Source: Candidatus Dormiibacterota bacterium
GTDB lineage: Bacteria > Chloroflexota > Limnocylindria > Limnocylindrales > CSP1-4
Assembly: GCA_035631615.1 (NCBI GenBank)
Contig: DASQIK010000023.1
Span: 2,898 to 66,897, forward strand
Reading direction: 5' to 3'
DNA length: 64,000 nucleotides
The notes under the pieces were generated by a model. That model saw nothing but the letters and a program-made list of their open reading frames with translations. It was not told the DNA's origin and ran no database searches. Position numbers and translations under genes: made by a program. Of this stretch, positions 8,362 to 18,544 are shown piece by piece; the first letter of the stretch is position 1, and every line of letters starts with the position of its first letter.

Positions 8362-9468
8362 CTAGTCAACCGCGCCTTCGGCGGCGGAGGTGTCGCCCTC
8401 GTGGCCCTGGAGCCCGTGGGCCGCACCGAACCCCCAGGTCGGCGGCAGCTCGCCTGGCCAGTCCTCGGCGAAGACCCACTTCATCGCCGTGCGTGGATCC
8501 GGGTCTGCGGCACCTTCGGCGTACTCGGTCGCCTCGTCAATGTCGGCCTTGACCTCGGCCGCGATCCTCGCCTCGATCTCGTCGGTCAGGACACCGGCGT
8601 CGCGCAGCTCCGCGCGGAAGCGCGGGAGCGGGTCCTCGCCCTTGAGCCCCTCGAGCTCCTCGGCGGAGCGGTACTTCGTCTGCTGGTCGTCCGAGGAGTG
8701 GGCGGTGAGGCGGATGACCTTCGCCTCGATGAGCGTCGGGCCGTCGCCGCGCCGGGCCCGATCGACCGCTTCCTTCGCCGCCCGGTAGCAGCCGAGCACG
8801 TCCGCGCCGTCGACGATGACGCCCGGGATCCCGTAGCCGGAGGCGCGATCCGCCACGTTCGGCGTGGCCAGCTGCTTCGAGACCGGCACGCTGATCGCAT
8901 AGCCGTTGTTCTCGACGCAGAGGATGAACGGGAGCTTGTGGATCGCTGCGAAGTTGAGGCCTTCGTGGACGTCGCCCTGATTGGAGCTGCCCTCGCCCAT
9001 CGAGGTCATCGCGACCTGGCCGGTCTTCCGGATCTTCGCCGCCAGCGCGATCCCGACGGCGTGCAGCATCTGCGTCGCGACCGGCGACGACAGCGACACC
9101 AGGTTGTTCGCCACGTTGCCGTAGTGGCCCGGCATCTGGCGGCCGCCGGAGGACAGGTCGATCGCCTTCGCGTACTGCGCGGTCAGGATGTCGCGTGCCT
9201 GCATGCCGAAGGTCAGGCACGTCGCGATTGAGCGGTAGAACGGCGCGATCCAGTCCTTGCCGCGCTCGAGCGGCCACGCGATCGCGGCCTGCGCGCCCTC
9301 GTGGCCCTGGCCGCTGATGACGAACGGGATGCGGCCCGCGCGGTTGAGGATCCACATGCGCTCGTCGACGGCGCGAGCCGTCGCGATGACCTTGTACATG
9401 CCGAGCAGGTCGGCGTCGGTCAGCCCGACGGATGCTGCAAGCTTCGAGCTTTCGCTCCTCGCTGCCAT
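8362..9468 (-). CDS. 2-oxoacid dehydrogenase E1 component, alpha subunit (TPP-dependent)
   Basis: Internal Met start (MAARSESSKLAASVGLTDADLLGMYK...). TPP-binding motif GEGSSNQGDVHEGLNFA. Confidence 0.9.
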   Translation of the reverse strand: MAARSESSKLAASVGLTDADLLGMYKVIATARAVDERMWILNRAGRIPFVISGQGHEGAQAAIAWPLERGKDWIAPFYRSIATCLTFGMQARDILTAQYAKAIDLSSGGRQMPGHYGNVANNLVSLSSPVATQMLHAVGIALAAKIRKTGQVAMTSMGEGSSNQGDVHEGLNFAAIHKLPFILCVENNGYAISVPVSKQLATPNVADRASGYGIPGVIVDGADVLGCYRAAKEAVDRARRGDGPTLIEAKVIRLTAHSSDDQQTKYRSAEELEGLKGEDPLPRFRAELRDAGVLTDEIEARIAAEVKADIDEATEYAEGAADPDPRTAMKWVFAEDWPGELPPTWGFGAAHGLQGHEGDTSAAEGAVD

Positions 9469-9608
9469 CAACGTGACCCCGGTGCGCTCAGCCGGTCGCG
9501 GCACAAGGCGGGAGCGAGCACGGCCGCGAGCGCACTCCGATCGTGCGTGAGCGGCCGCGCGCAGCGACCAACGCGGCGCCGAGGCCGGATCAGCGCACCG
9601 ATCGCCAT

Positions 9609-11045
9609 CTAGAAGTTGATCGACCGGCCATCGACGGCCAACGCCGCCTCGCCGATGATCTCGGAGAAGGTCGGATGCGGGTGGGTCGAGCCACCGATCT
9701 CCCATGGCGTCGCCTCGAGGCTACCGGCGAGGGTGGCCTCGGCGATCAGGTCCGTCGCGTGCGGCCCGATGACGTGCACGCCGAGCGTGTCGCCCGTCTG
9801 CGGGTTGCCGATCACCTTCGCGAAGCCCTCGTACTCGCCACCGATGATCGCCTTGGCGATCGCCTGGAACGGCACCTTGCCGACCTTGTACGGCAGCCCC
9901 CGCTCCTGGCATTGCTGCTCGGTGAGCCCAACCGACGCGATCTCCGGCCGGCAGTACGTCGCCCGGGGCTGCTGCACGTAGTCCATCGGGTGGACGTCCT
10001 TGTCACCCGCGATCGTGTGCGCGGCGATGAGGCCCTCATGCCCCGCCGTGTGCGCCAGCATCAGCCCCCCGACCGCGTCGCCGATCGCGTACAGGTGCGG
10101 CTCGCGCGTGCGCATCGTGCGCAGGTCGACCTTGACGAAGCCGCGCTCCAGCTCCGCGCGCGTCGACTCGAGCCCGACGTCCTCGACGTTCGGCGCCCTG
10201 CCGGTCGCGACGAGGAGCAGCTCGGCGGTGAGATTCGCCGCTTCCCTGCCCTCGGGCCCGACGTCCATCGAGACGCCGGTCTTCGTCACCTTGACCGCCT
10301 TCGTGTCGAACCGGGCGCCGGTCATCACGGTCATGCCCCGCCGGGTGAAGCTTCGCTCGAGCGCCTGGCTGACCTCGCGGTCCTCGAGCGGCACGAGCGT
10401 CGGCAGGTACTCGAGGAGCGTGACCTTGACGCCGAGGTCGTGGTACATCGAGGCGAACTCGACGCCGACCGCCCCGGCCCCCACGACGATGACGTCCCTG
10501 GGCAGGGTGCTCGAGGTGAGCACGTCATCGGAGGTGACGATCCGCTTCCCGTCCGGCTCGAGGCCGGGGAGCGACTTCACCCGTGAGCCCGTCGCCAGGA
10601 TCACGTCGGTGCCCTGGAGAAGGCGCTCGCCGCCCGGGTTGTCGGCGTCCGGCGTCGTCTCGACGCGGACATGGGTCGGGCCGTCGAGGCGGCCCCTGCC
10701 CTGAATCCAGGTGACCTTGTTCTTGTCGATCAGGCTCTTGAGGCCGGTCCACAGGCGCTTCACGACCTGGTCGCGCCGCTCGGCCATGCGGGCGTAGTCC
10801 ACCACCGGGTCGCCGGCGTCGATGCCGTACTCCTTCGCGTGCCGGATCCGCTCCGCGAAGGCGGCCGATTCGAGCAGGGCCTTCGTGGGGATGCAGCCGA
10901 TGTGGAGGCAGGTCCCGCCGATCTTCGCCTGATCGACGAGGGCGACCTTCAGCCCGAGCTGCGCGGCGCGGAATGCGGCGGTGTAGCCGCCAGTTCCGGC
11001 GCCGAGGACGACGAGATCGAAGTCGTTGGAGGAGCCGACGGCCAT
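9609..11045 (-). CDS. lpdA: dihydrolipoyl dehydrogenase (E3)
   Basis: Internal Met start (MAVGSSNDFDLVVLGAGTGGY). Redox-active disulfide GGTCLHIGCIPTK. C-terminal dimerisation motif HPHPTFSE. Confidence 0.95.
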   Translation of the reverse strand: MAVGSSNDFDLVVLGAGTGGYTAAFRAAQLGLKVALVDQAKIGGTCLHIGCIPTKALLESAAFAERIRHAKEYGIDAGDPVVDYARMAERRDQVVKRLWTGLKSLIDKNKVTWIQGRGRLDGPTHVRVETTPDADNPGGERLLQGTDVILATGSRVKSLPGLEPDGKRIVTSDDVLTSSTLPRDVIVVGAGAVGVEFASMYHDLGVKVTLLEYLPTLVPLEDREVSQALERSFTRRGMTVMTGARFDTKAVKVTKTGVSMDVGPEGREAANLTAELLLVATGRAPNVEDVGLESTRAELERGFVKVDLRTMRTREPHLYAIGDAVGGLMLAHTAGHEGLIAAHTIAGDKDVHPMDYVQQPRATYCRPEIASVGLTEQQCQERGLPYKVGKVPFQAIAKAIIGGEYEGFAKVIGNPQTGDTLGVHVIGPHATDLIAEATLAGSLEATPWEIGGSTHPHPTFSEIIGEAALAVDGRSINF

Positions 11046-11064
11046 CGCTGCGGATGGTACGGCG

Positions 11065-14000
11065 CTACCCGGTGGCTCGCACCGTGGAGGGCTGCTCCGC
11101 CGGCACGGCCGGAGCCTGCCCGGAGTCGCGTCCGGTGGCTGCCTTGTCGCGGTACCGCTCGACGTACGCGCTCGCACCGCGCTCGGCGAACCATGCCTGA
11201 GCCGCTTCGAGTGCCTTCATTGCTTCGGGGAAGCGACGCCCGCCGAGGTGGCCGAACGCGAGTCGGAACCGGGCGGCAAGCAGCTCGGCACCAGTCAGCC
11301 CCAGGTGCTGCTCGGCGGCGACGAACGCCTGGCGAGCATCGTCCCACCGGCCGTCGATGAGCGCCAGCAGGCTGGCCGCCATCGCATCGAACGCCCGTTG
11401 GACGGGGAGGGGCCTCGTGAGCTGGCGCCAACGGTCGATCACGGCTGCCACCCGCTCGGAGCTCCCGGCGCCCGCCGCCGCGAAGAGGGCCGCCTGGAAC
11501 CCCAGCTCCACCTCTGCTGACGTGACCAGCGACCTCTCGGCGACGGCGAAGGCCTCCTCGAATCGGCCCTGCGCGGTGAGCGCGTCAGCTTTCGCGGCGA
11601 GGGCCCAGCCGGACGCCTGCCCGCTTTCGGCGATGGCAGGTCCCGCCAGGAGCGCATCGATTGCCTCGGCGGCGGCAACGGGGTGGCCGCGGTAGATCAG
11701 ACGCCGGGCTTCCTCGTGGTGGAACCAGTCGAGGTAGTAGCCCTCGACGCCCTCCATCTCGGCGCGCGCCTCCTCGAAATAGGCATCCCAGTCGCCGACC
11801 TTGAACGAGACGTCGAGCAGCGCATCGACGCTGTGGAGCAGCCACGTCTGCTGTCCGAACCTGCGGGACTGTTCGTAGACCTCCTCCAGCACGACGCGAG
11901 AGTCCGGCAGGTCCACGTCCTGCAGCATCACGCGCAGGTTGTTGCGCGCGCGGAGTGAGGCGAACAGGTTTCCCTGAGCGTCGGCCATGACGATCGCGCC
12001 ACGGAGCAGTGCCTCGGATTCGATGACGCGACCAATGTTCTGGAGGGCCGTGCCCTTCGTGATGATCGCCTCGAGCAGGACGCGGGGCGTTGCGACCGCG
12101 TGCTGGGCGAGCACGCGATCACACCAAGCCACCGCGTCGTCGCGGCCGCCGAGCATCATCGCGCGGGCAAGCTCCACCTGCGCAGAGGCGATATCCGCTG
12201 ACGGCGGGAGATCGGCGACCGCGGCCAGATCGGCCTCGAGCATCGTGATGGTGGCCTGCTCCCGGTGCTCCGCGAGGAGCGCCGCGGCCTCCGCCGCCGC
12301 GGCCCGCAGGCCCCCCAGGCGATCCCCAACCTGCGCGAACAGGGAGCGGGCTTCCGCCGCGTGTGCATAGGCACGCGGGAACTGTGCGGCATCGCTGGCC
12401 AGGCCGATCGCGCGCGCGTGGAGCGCGGCCTGCTCGGCCGGCTCCGTCGCGATCGTCAGCGCCTCCTCGACGTAGGTCAGGGCACCGATCAGATCGTGCA
12501 GGGCGCCCGCGCGATCCGCGGCAGCCCGAAGCGCCACGCGCGCCTGGGCCGCAAGTGCGTCTGCCTCGAGGCCCGCGCGGGCCGCCCGAAACGCGGCGAG
12601 GTAGTGCGTCGCGAGGACGCCAGCGATCTCCTCGTCGCCGAGCGACTCGAAGTAGCGCGCCGCTGCGACGTGCCTGGCCTGCCGGTCGCGCTTGGCGAGC
12701 GACTGGTAGGCCACCTCGCGGACGACGCCCTGCAGGAACCGGTACTGCCCTCGCTCCGCGGATCGCGGGTCCGCATCCAGGGTCAGCAGCTCGCGTCTCA
12801 CAAGGCCGTCGACGATGCCCGCGATGGCCTCGGGCTGCAGGTGGGACACGCTCACCAGCGCCGGCAGCGAGAAGCTGACGCCGAGGATCGACGCGTCCGT
12901 CATCACGCTGCGCTCCTCGGGCGCGAGCGAGTCAAGGCGGGCCGCGATGAGCGCGTGCAGCGTCTCCGGGACGACGAGCTCGGGCACCGAGCCTGCGACC
13001 TCGTACAGCCGGCCGCTGGGGCGCAGGACGCCCCGATCGATGAGCATGCGCAGCGTCTCGACCGCGTACAGCGGGACGCCCTCCGCCCTCCCGACGATCC
13101 GCCGCAGGGCGTCGCCGGGCAGGTCCGGCACGAGGCCCCGGAGCAGTCGCTCCATCTCGGCGCTCGGCAGCGGATCGAGGTGGACGACCGTCGCACTGCG
13201 GACGCTTCGGCCCCAGGCCGGCCGGCGATCGAACAGCTCCGGCCGCGCCTCCGCCAGGACGAGGATGGGCGAGCTGCGGGCCCATGTGAGCACGTGCTCG
13301 ATGAAGTCGAGGGTGCCCTGGTCCGCCCACTGGAGGTCCTGGAACACAAGGACGACCGGTGACTCGGCGGCGAGGCGTTCCAGCAGGGTCCGCCAGGCCG
13401 CGAACAGCTCGTCCCGCGATTCGCTCGGCAGCTCGTCGAGTCCCAGGAGCCCGAGCGCGCGCGGCTCGATCCAGTGCCGATCGGCCTCGTCCGGCAGGAA
13501 CCGCATGAGCATGTCGCCCACCTTCTGGCGGGCGGCCTCCGCGTCGTCCGCGTCGCTCACCCCGGCACGGCCGCGAATCATCTCGGCCAGTGCCCAGTAG
13601 CTGATGCCCTCGCCGTACGAGGGCGAGCGCCCGACGAGCCAGAACACGCCCTCGACGACGCCATCGAGGTACTTCTCCAGCTCCCACATGAGCCGGGACT
13701 TGCCCATGCCCGCGAGGCCGAGGAGAGTCACGAGCCGTGGCTTGCCCTCGCGAGCGGTCGCGTGGAAGAGGTCCTTCAGCAGCCGCAGGTCGTCATCACG
13801 GCCAACAAACGGCGGCTCGAGAATGACCGCCCTGCCCTCACCACCGCGGAGGGCCACGACGTTCACCGCGCGCCACACGTGGGCCGGCGCTTCCTTGCCC
13901 TTGAGGGCGCGGTCGCCGGCATCCTCGAACTCGATCGCGCGCGACGCGGCGCGGTAGGTGGCATCGCCGACGAGCACGGTCCCCGGCTCGGCAGCGGACT

Positions 14001-14613
14001 GCACCCGCGACGCCGTGTTGACGAGGTCGCCCGCGATCATCCCCTGGCCTTCCGCCCCGATCGAGACCGCGGCCTCGCCAGTCAGGACGCCCGCCCGCGC
14101 CTGAAGCGGCTGCTCGGCGGAGGAGAGGCGCGGCACGGCGTTGACGAGCTCCATTGCCGCGCGGACGGCGCGTTCCGCGTCGTCCTCGTGGGCGGTGGGC
14201 GCTCCCCAGACGGCCATCACGGCATCGCCGATGAACTTCTCGATCACGCCACCGTGGCGGGCCATGATGTCCCGCGCGACCTCGTAGTAGCGCGTCAGGA
14301 GCTCGCGCGTGTCCTCCGCGTCGCGGCCCTCCGACGCGGTCGTGAAGCCAACGAGGTCGACGAAGACGACCGAGACGAGGCGGCGCTCGGCGAGCGGCTG
14401 GGAGGTCGTCGCCGGCGCCACGGTCTCCGAGGTGGGCGCTGCGCCCGCAGGTTCCGACAGGTTGTGGCCGCAGTTCATGCAGAACTTCGCACCGGGCTGG
14501 TTGACCGTGCCGCACACGGGGCAGCCGGTCGCGAGGCGCGTCCCGCACTGGACGCAGAAGCGCGCGTTGGCATCGTTGTCCGTGCCACAGGTCGGGCACG
14601 TGGTGAGGGCCAT
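11065..14613 (-). CDS. double zinc-ribbon / class III adenylate-guanylate cyclase / STAND ATPase / TPR-like repeat protein
   Basis: N-terminal CPTCG..CVQCG and CPVCG..CMNCG knuckles. Cyclase motifs VVFVDLVGFT, IGDAVMAVWG, GDLVNTASRV. P-loop LLGLAGMGKSRL. Long helical-repeat C-terminus. An alternative start lies at 14646. Confidence 0.85.
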   Translation of the reverse strand: MALTTCPTCGTDNDANARFCVQCGTRLATGCPVCGTVNQPGAKFCMNCGHNLSEPAGAAPTSETVAPATTSQPLAERRLVSVVFVDLVGFTTASEGRDAEDTRELLTRYYEVARDIMARHGGVIEKFIGDAVMAVWGAPTAHEDDAERAVRAAMELVNAVPRLSSAEQPLQARAGVLTGEAAVSIGAEGQGMIAGDLVNTASRVQSAAEPGTVLVGDATYRAASRAIEFEDAGDRALKGKEAPAHVWRAVNVVALRGGEGRAVILEPPFVGRDDDLRLLKDLFHATAREGKPRLVTLLGLAGMGKSRLMWELEKYLDGVVEGVFWLVGRSPSYGEGISYWALAEMIRGRAGVSDADDAEAARQKVGDMLMRFLPDEADRHWIEPRALGLLGLDELPSESRDELFAAWRTLLERLAAESPVVLVFQDLQWADQGTLDFIEHVLTWARSSPILVLAEARPELFDRRPAWGRSVRSATVVHLDPLPSAEMERLLRGLVPDLPGDALRRIVGRAEGVPLYAVETLRMLIDRGVLRPSGRLYEVAGSVPELVVPETLHALIAARLDSLAPEERSVMTDASILGVSFSLPALVSVSHLQPEAIAGIVDGLVRRELLTLDADPRSAERGQYRFLQGVVREVAYQSLAKRDRQARHVAAARYFESLGDEEIAGVLATHYLAAFRAARAGLEADALAAQARVALRAAADRAGALHDLIGALTYVEEALTIATEPAEQAALHARAIGLASDAAQFPRAYAHAAEARSLFAQVGDRLGGLRAAAAEAAALLAEHREQATITMLEADLAAVADLPPSADIASAQVELARAMMLGGRDDAVAWCDRVLAQHAVATPRVLLEAIITKGTALQNIGRVIESEALLRGAIVMADAQGNLFASLRARNNLRVMLQDVDLPDSRVVLEEVYEQSRRFGQQTWLLHSVDALLDVSFKVGDWDAYFEEARAEMEGVEGYYLDWFHHEEARRLIYRGHPVAAAEAIDALLAGPAIAESGQASGWALAAKADALTAQGRFEEAFAVAERSLVTSAEVELGFQAALFAAAGAGSSERVAAVIDRWRQLTRPLPVQRAFDAMAASLLALIDGRWDDARQAFVAAEQHLGLTGAELLAARFRLAFGHLGGRRFPEAMKALEAAQAWFAERGASAYVERYRDKAATGRDSGQAPAVPAEQPSTVRATG

Positions 14614-14705
14614 GTCGAACGGGAGGATACGGCGAGCGACCGGCATCCGGCGAGACCGGTGGTTGTATCCTCGCCTGCGGTGCGCACGCTCTCGCGAACC
14701 GTTCG

Positions 14706-15362
14706 ATGACCATCGAGGCGCTGCTCCTGCGCGCGGTCCTGATCGCCGGCGGCTACCTTGCCGGCTCGATCCCGGTGGGCGTGCTCGTCGCGCGAGCAAG
14801 CGGCGGGCCCGACCCACGGACCGTCGGCTCTGGCCGGACGGGCGGCACGAACGCGCTGCGCGCGCTGGGTCGCAAATGGGCGGCGGTCGTCGTCGCCGGC
14901 GATCTCGGCAAGGGTGCGGTCCCCGTGCTGCTCACGCGCCTCGTCACCGGCGGCGACTCGACGGCCGAGGTGCTCGTGGCGGCAGCGGCGGTCGCCGGCT
15001 CCGTGCGCTCGGTCTTCCTCAACTTCAAGGGCGGCCGCGGCGTCGGGACCGGTGTCGGCACGATGCTCGTGATTCAGCCGCTCGCCGTCGTTCTCGCGGC
15101 GCCCGTTTTCTTCCTCGCGATCATCGCGACGCGCTACGTCTCGCTGGGGTCCCTGCTCGGTTCGGCGGCGATGTTCCCGGCGATGCTCCTCATCTGGGCC
15201 GTGGCATCAGGCTGGGTCGCGCCCGCCTACCTCGTCTGGGCGGCTGTCGGCCCGGTCCTGATCTGGCTCGCGCACGCGGACAACATCGACCGGCTCCTGC
15301 ACGGCACGGAGCGCAAGTTCGACCTCGGGCTCCTCGGCGGCCGGCGCTCCGGCGGCGCCTGA
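14706..15362 (+). CDS. plsY: glycerol-3-phosphate acyltransferase PlsY
   Basis: 218-aa polytopic membrane protein with GSGRTGGTNALRALG and FKGGRGVGTG motifs. Confidence 0.9.
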   Translation: MTIEALLLRAVLIAGGYLAGSIPVGVLVARASGGPDPRTVGSGRTGGTNALRALGRKWAAVVVAGDLGKGAVPVLLTRLVTGGDSTAEVLVAAAAVAGSVRSVFLNFKGGRGVGTGVGTMLVIQPLAVVLAAPVFFLAIIATRYVSLGSLLGSAAMFPAMLLIWAVASGWVAPAYLVWAAVGPVLIWLAHADNIDRLLHGTERKFDLGLLGGRRSGGA

Positions 15363-15379
15363 GGCACACCGGGCACGAA

Positions 15380-15417
15380 AGCGCCCCCGCTGCGAGCTGG
15401 TCGCGGACGGGGGCGCT
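15380..15417. terminator. hairpin between convergent plsY and the BNR gene (candidate bidirectional terminator)
   Basis: Perfect 10-bp stem agcgcccccg / cgggggcgct with an 18-nt loop. A second hairpin (gaccgctc / gagcggtc) follows. Confidence 0.5.
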
Positions 15418-15474
15418 GTTGCGTTCGACCGCTCAGGGCTCGAGAGCGGTCGCGCGATTACCGGGCTGCACGCC

Positions 15475-17100
15475 TCACGGCGCCGCCGCGAAGAAGGCGT
15501 CCGACCCGCTGCGGCAGGCGCCTGCGAAGCAGGCAGTCTCGCGGAGATCGGTCCAATACGCCACGACATGGCCGTCGGCCGTTGCCGCGATGTTGGAGTA
15601 GTCGCCGATGAACGATGTCGCGTGCGGGAACGACGCGTTGAGCGTCCCCGCGAACCAGCGATCGCCCTGGGTCGGGTCGGAGGCGACCGTCGACACGGCG
15701 CTCGAGGTGAACGCCAGCGTCCCGGAGCCCGTCTCGGTCGCGACCGAGTAGTTGTACTTGTGGTTGGCCGCGTCGGCGCTGCGGTCGAAGAAGCCGATCC
15801 GGAGGATCCCGTTCGAGTCGTAGGCGCCCCACGGCAGGAACTGGTCACCGGCGAGGGTGAGCGCCACCGGGGCGGACCAGGTCGCGCCGCCGTTCGTGGA
15901 CTGGCTCACCACGACATCCGAGTTCGTCGTCGCCGCGTACGGATCGGACGGCGCCGGGGTGGTGCTGTTCCGCATGTCGGACCAGACCACGGCGAGGTGC
16001 GCCGAGTTCGTCGGGTCCGTGGTGATGTTGCCGGCCGCCCACGACCGGAAGATGCTGTCCTGGTAGGTCTGGCGCCCGAGCGCGATCGGGTAGTCGGTCG
16101 CGCCGTCGATGACGGTGGCGACCTTGACCGGCGCGCCGAGCGCGAGGCCGGTCGTCGGGCTGACCTTGACGACCTCGTAGTCGTCGCGGCCGGTGGTGAC
16201 ATCGGTCGTGTTCAGGAACGCGACCGCGATCGAGTCGCCGGCCACGGTCGGGACGGCGACGAATGCCTGGGTCAGGCTGCCCGAGATCACGTGCGGCGTC
16301 GACCACGAAGCGCCGAAATCGTGGGTCACGGAGGCGTAGATCCGGGCGCTGACGAAGCTGCCCTTCTGGGCCTGGCGGAAGTCGCCGTAGACGACGATCG
16401 CGTTGCCGCTGCCCCACGCGGTGATGTACTCCTTGTCGAGCACGTCGCCGACGCTGGTGAAGATGCCGCTGCCCGACGCGACCTTGACCGAGGTCCAGGT
16501 CTTGCCACCGTCGCCCGAGTTGTCGACGAGGACGTCCGGCGATTGCGCGTTGGTCGGCCCGACGAAGCGGAAGCCGAGCGTCGCGTAGTAGGCGTGGCCG
16601 CTCGCGTCGAACGCCACGGACGGATCGCCCGTCGCCTGATACGTCGAGTTGAAGGAGATCGGGTACTCGGACCAGTGGGTGCCTCCGTCGAAGGTGACGT
16701 GCGCCCGTGAGAGCACCGTCTCCGTCACGTGGCCGCCCTTGTTGATCCCGAGCTGGTAGTCGTTCGCGCCGCCGATGATGTTGTTCCCATCGGTCGGGTT
16801 GACCGCGATCGACGTCTCGTTGTGCGGGCCCGGGGTGGCCTCGCAATCGGTGTTCGCGTTGGCACCCTGCGCGGGGCCGGTGCACAGCTTCTGGCCGGGT
16901 TTCAACGAGCCGGCGGTGCCGAAGACCGCGCTGGTGACCGGTGCCTGCGCATCGCTGACGTTGTGGCCGAAGGCGATCGGCTGGACGTTGGCTCCGTCGT
17001 TGCCCAGCACCGGGCCGCCGGCGCCCATCGCGAGGACGAGGAGGCCGGCACTCGCAACCAACGCGAGGATCCGGCGGGGCGCGCGCTTCGCGGGAATCAT
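15475..17100 (-). CDS. secreted BNR/sialidase-fold (exo-alpha-sialidase-like) protein
   Basis: Signal peptide MIPAKRAPRRILALVASAGLLVLAMG. Four BNR-type repeats: TFDGGTHW, SGDGGKTW, THDFGASW, STNGGATW. Confidence 0.8.
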   Translation of the reverse strand: MIPAKRAPRRILALVASAGLLVLAMGAGGPVLGNDGANVQPIAFGHNVSDAQAPVTSAVFGTAGSLKPGQKLCTGPAQGANANTDCEATPGPHNETSIAVNPTDGNNIIGGANDYQLGINKGGHVTETVLSRAHVTFDGGTHWSEYPISFNSTYQATGDPSVAFDASGHAYYATLGFRFVGPTNAQSPDVLVDNSGDGGKTWTSVKVASGSGIFTSVGDVLDKEYITAWGSGNAIVVYGDFRQAQKGSFVSARIYASVTHDFGASWSTPHVISGSLTQAFVAVPTVAGDSIAVAFLNTTDVTTGRDDYEVVKVSPTTGLALGAPVKVATVIDGATDYPIALGRQTYQDSIFRSWAAGNITTDPTNSAHLAVVWSDMRNSTTPAPSDPYAATTNSDVVVSQSTNGGATWSAPVALTLAGDQFLPWGAYDSNGILRIGFFDRSADAANHKYNYSVATETGSGTLAFTSSAVSTVASDPTQGDRWFAGTLNASFPHATSFIGDYSNIAATADGHVVAYWTDLRETACFAGACRSGSDAFFAAAP

Positions 17101-17382
17101 CAAGACGCCTCCATTGCTGTCCTGGCGTCCCGCGAACCCTGTGCGGGGCGCACCCAACCTGGCCGAAGTGGGGCCGGCCACTGAGTCGTACGCCTCGGAG
17201 GATAGGTCGGATCGCGATCCGTGCCCTCCGCATCGCCGACATCCGGTGCCCGCTGGCACCGCGACGGACACCGGGTCCGGGAGCCCATCCGCATGCAATG
17301 CGGCCGCCGCGTTCCGAGGCCTCGGCGACGCCTCCAGTGCGGTGCCTGGTGCCTACGCTCGATCGATGCTCGTCCCTCGCCC

Positions 17383-18441
17383 ATGACGATCCTGATCTCG
17401 CTGTTCGGCTTCGCGGGCCGGTTCGCCGGAGACCTGTTGACGACGGCCCTCGGCTGGGCGAGCAGCCTGCTCTTCGGGCGGGTGCCGCGCTCGCACCAGG
17501 TCCTGCTCGTGCTGATGATGGCGTTCTCGTTCCTGTGGCTGGTCCTGGTGCTGGCGCTGCTGCTGCCCACGGTCGGGTCCTTCCTGCTGTCGGCGACGCC
17601 CCACCCGCCGTTCGTGGACCAGCAGCTCCTGGGGATGACGCTCCTGTATGGCGCGCTCCTGGTGCCGCTCGGCGTGGGGATCGCGGGGTACCTGGTGCCT
17701 GCGGAGGGCGAACGGCCGAGCGGGCTGGCGATGGTTCGGGATGTCCTCCGCGGCTACGCCCTGACCCCAGTCCTGAGCGGCATTCTCATCTTCCTCGCCG
17801 GCGTCGGCATCGTCCGGAAGATCCGCAGCCGGAGCCATGGCTGGTCGGACATCCACGTGCCGGTCGTGATGAAGCAGGGCGGCTACGACAAGGTGGTCGA
17901 CGACCTCGTGGACGCGCTCCGGAGCGCCGGGCTCGAGGTCGCCGTTCGCGACGCGCCCCGCATGCTCAGCGCCCCGGCCGCGCTGCTGACCGCGGTCTCG
18001 GGCGAGAACGTCCGGAAGCTCCGGCCGGATCGGCTGATGGAGATCAGCGCCCGGGATCTCCGGATCGGCGTCTACCCGTCGGACATCGCGATCTCAGGGA
18101 CGACCCGTAACCGGACGCGGGCGCGCGCCGCGATGCTGAGCCGGCTCACGACGAGCGCGGCACACCTGACGACCAGCGCCGAGGCGCAGAAGGTCGAGGA
18201 CGCGATCGCGAAGGTCGCCACGACGGATGGCAACCTGCGCGCACGGCTCAGCTCGACCGCGCAGGCGCACCTGGACGAGATCGACGAGAAGCTCATCCAC
18301 GCCCCGATCCCAACCGACGAATGGGACATCCTGTACCGCATCCGGCTCCAGGTCGAACGCGACCTCCTGATCGGGTCGAAGCCGGGAACCGAGTTCCCGG
18401 GCAGGGAGCAGCCTGCGAGGCTTCATGCTCCAGGGCAGTGA
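17383..18441 (+). CDS. hypothetical integral membrane protein with a cytoplasmic C-terminal domain
   Basis: Internal Met start (MTILISLFGFAGRF...). About 5 hydrophobic helices followed by a roughly 190-aa soluble region. No family recognised. Confidence 0.55.
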   Translation: MTILISLFGFAGRFAGDLLTTALGWASSLLFGRVPRSHQVLLVLMMAFSFLWLVLVLALLLPTVGSFLLSATPHPPFVDQQLLGMTLLYGALLVPLGVGIAGYLVPAEGERPSGLAMVRDVLRGYALTPVLSGILIFLAGVGIVRKIRSRSHGWSDIHVPVVMKQGGYDKVVDDLVDALRSAGLEVAVRDAPRMLSAPAALLTAVSGENVRKLRPDRLMEISARDLRIGVYPSDIAISGTTRNRTRARAAMLSRLTTSAAHLTTSAEAQKVEDAIAKVATTDGNLRARLSSTAQAHLDEIDEKLIHAPIPTDEWDILYRIRLQVERDLLIGSKPGTEFPGREQPARLHAPGQ

Positions 18442-18544
18442 CGGGAACCCGAGCCTGAATCCAGCGCGCTGGCCACGGCATCGAGCAGGAGGCCGTCTCG
18501 ACCTGCCGGGCGGCGGTCGCCAGATGGGCCGTCGGAGCCCGACC

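Noticed and set aside
7144-9231. 695-aa plus-strand ORF across the E1-alpha/E1-beta region
   Set aside because: It is antisense to two strongly supported dehydrogenase genes. Its composition is dominated by Arg/Asp/Gly/Val/Ala, as expected for the wrong frame of GC-rich DNA, and it has no motifs.
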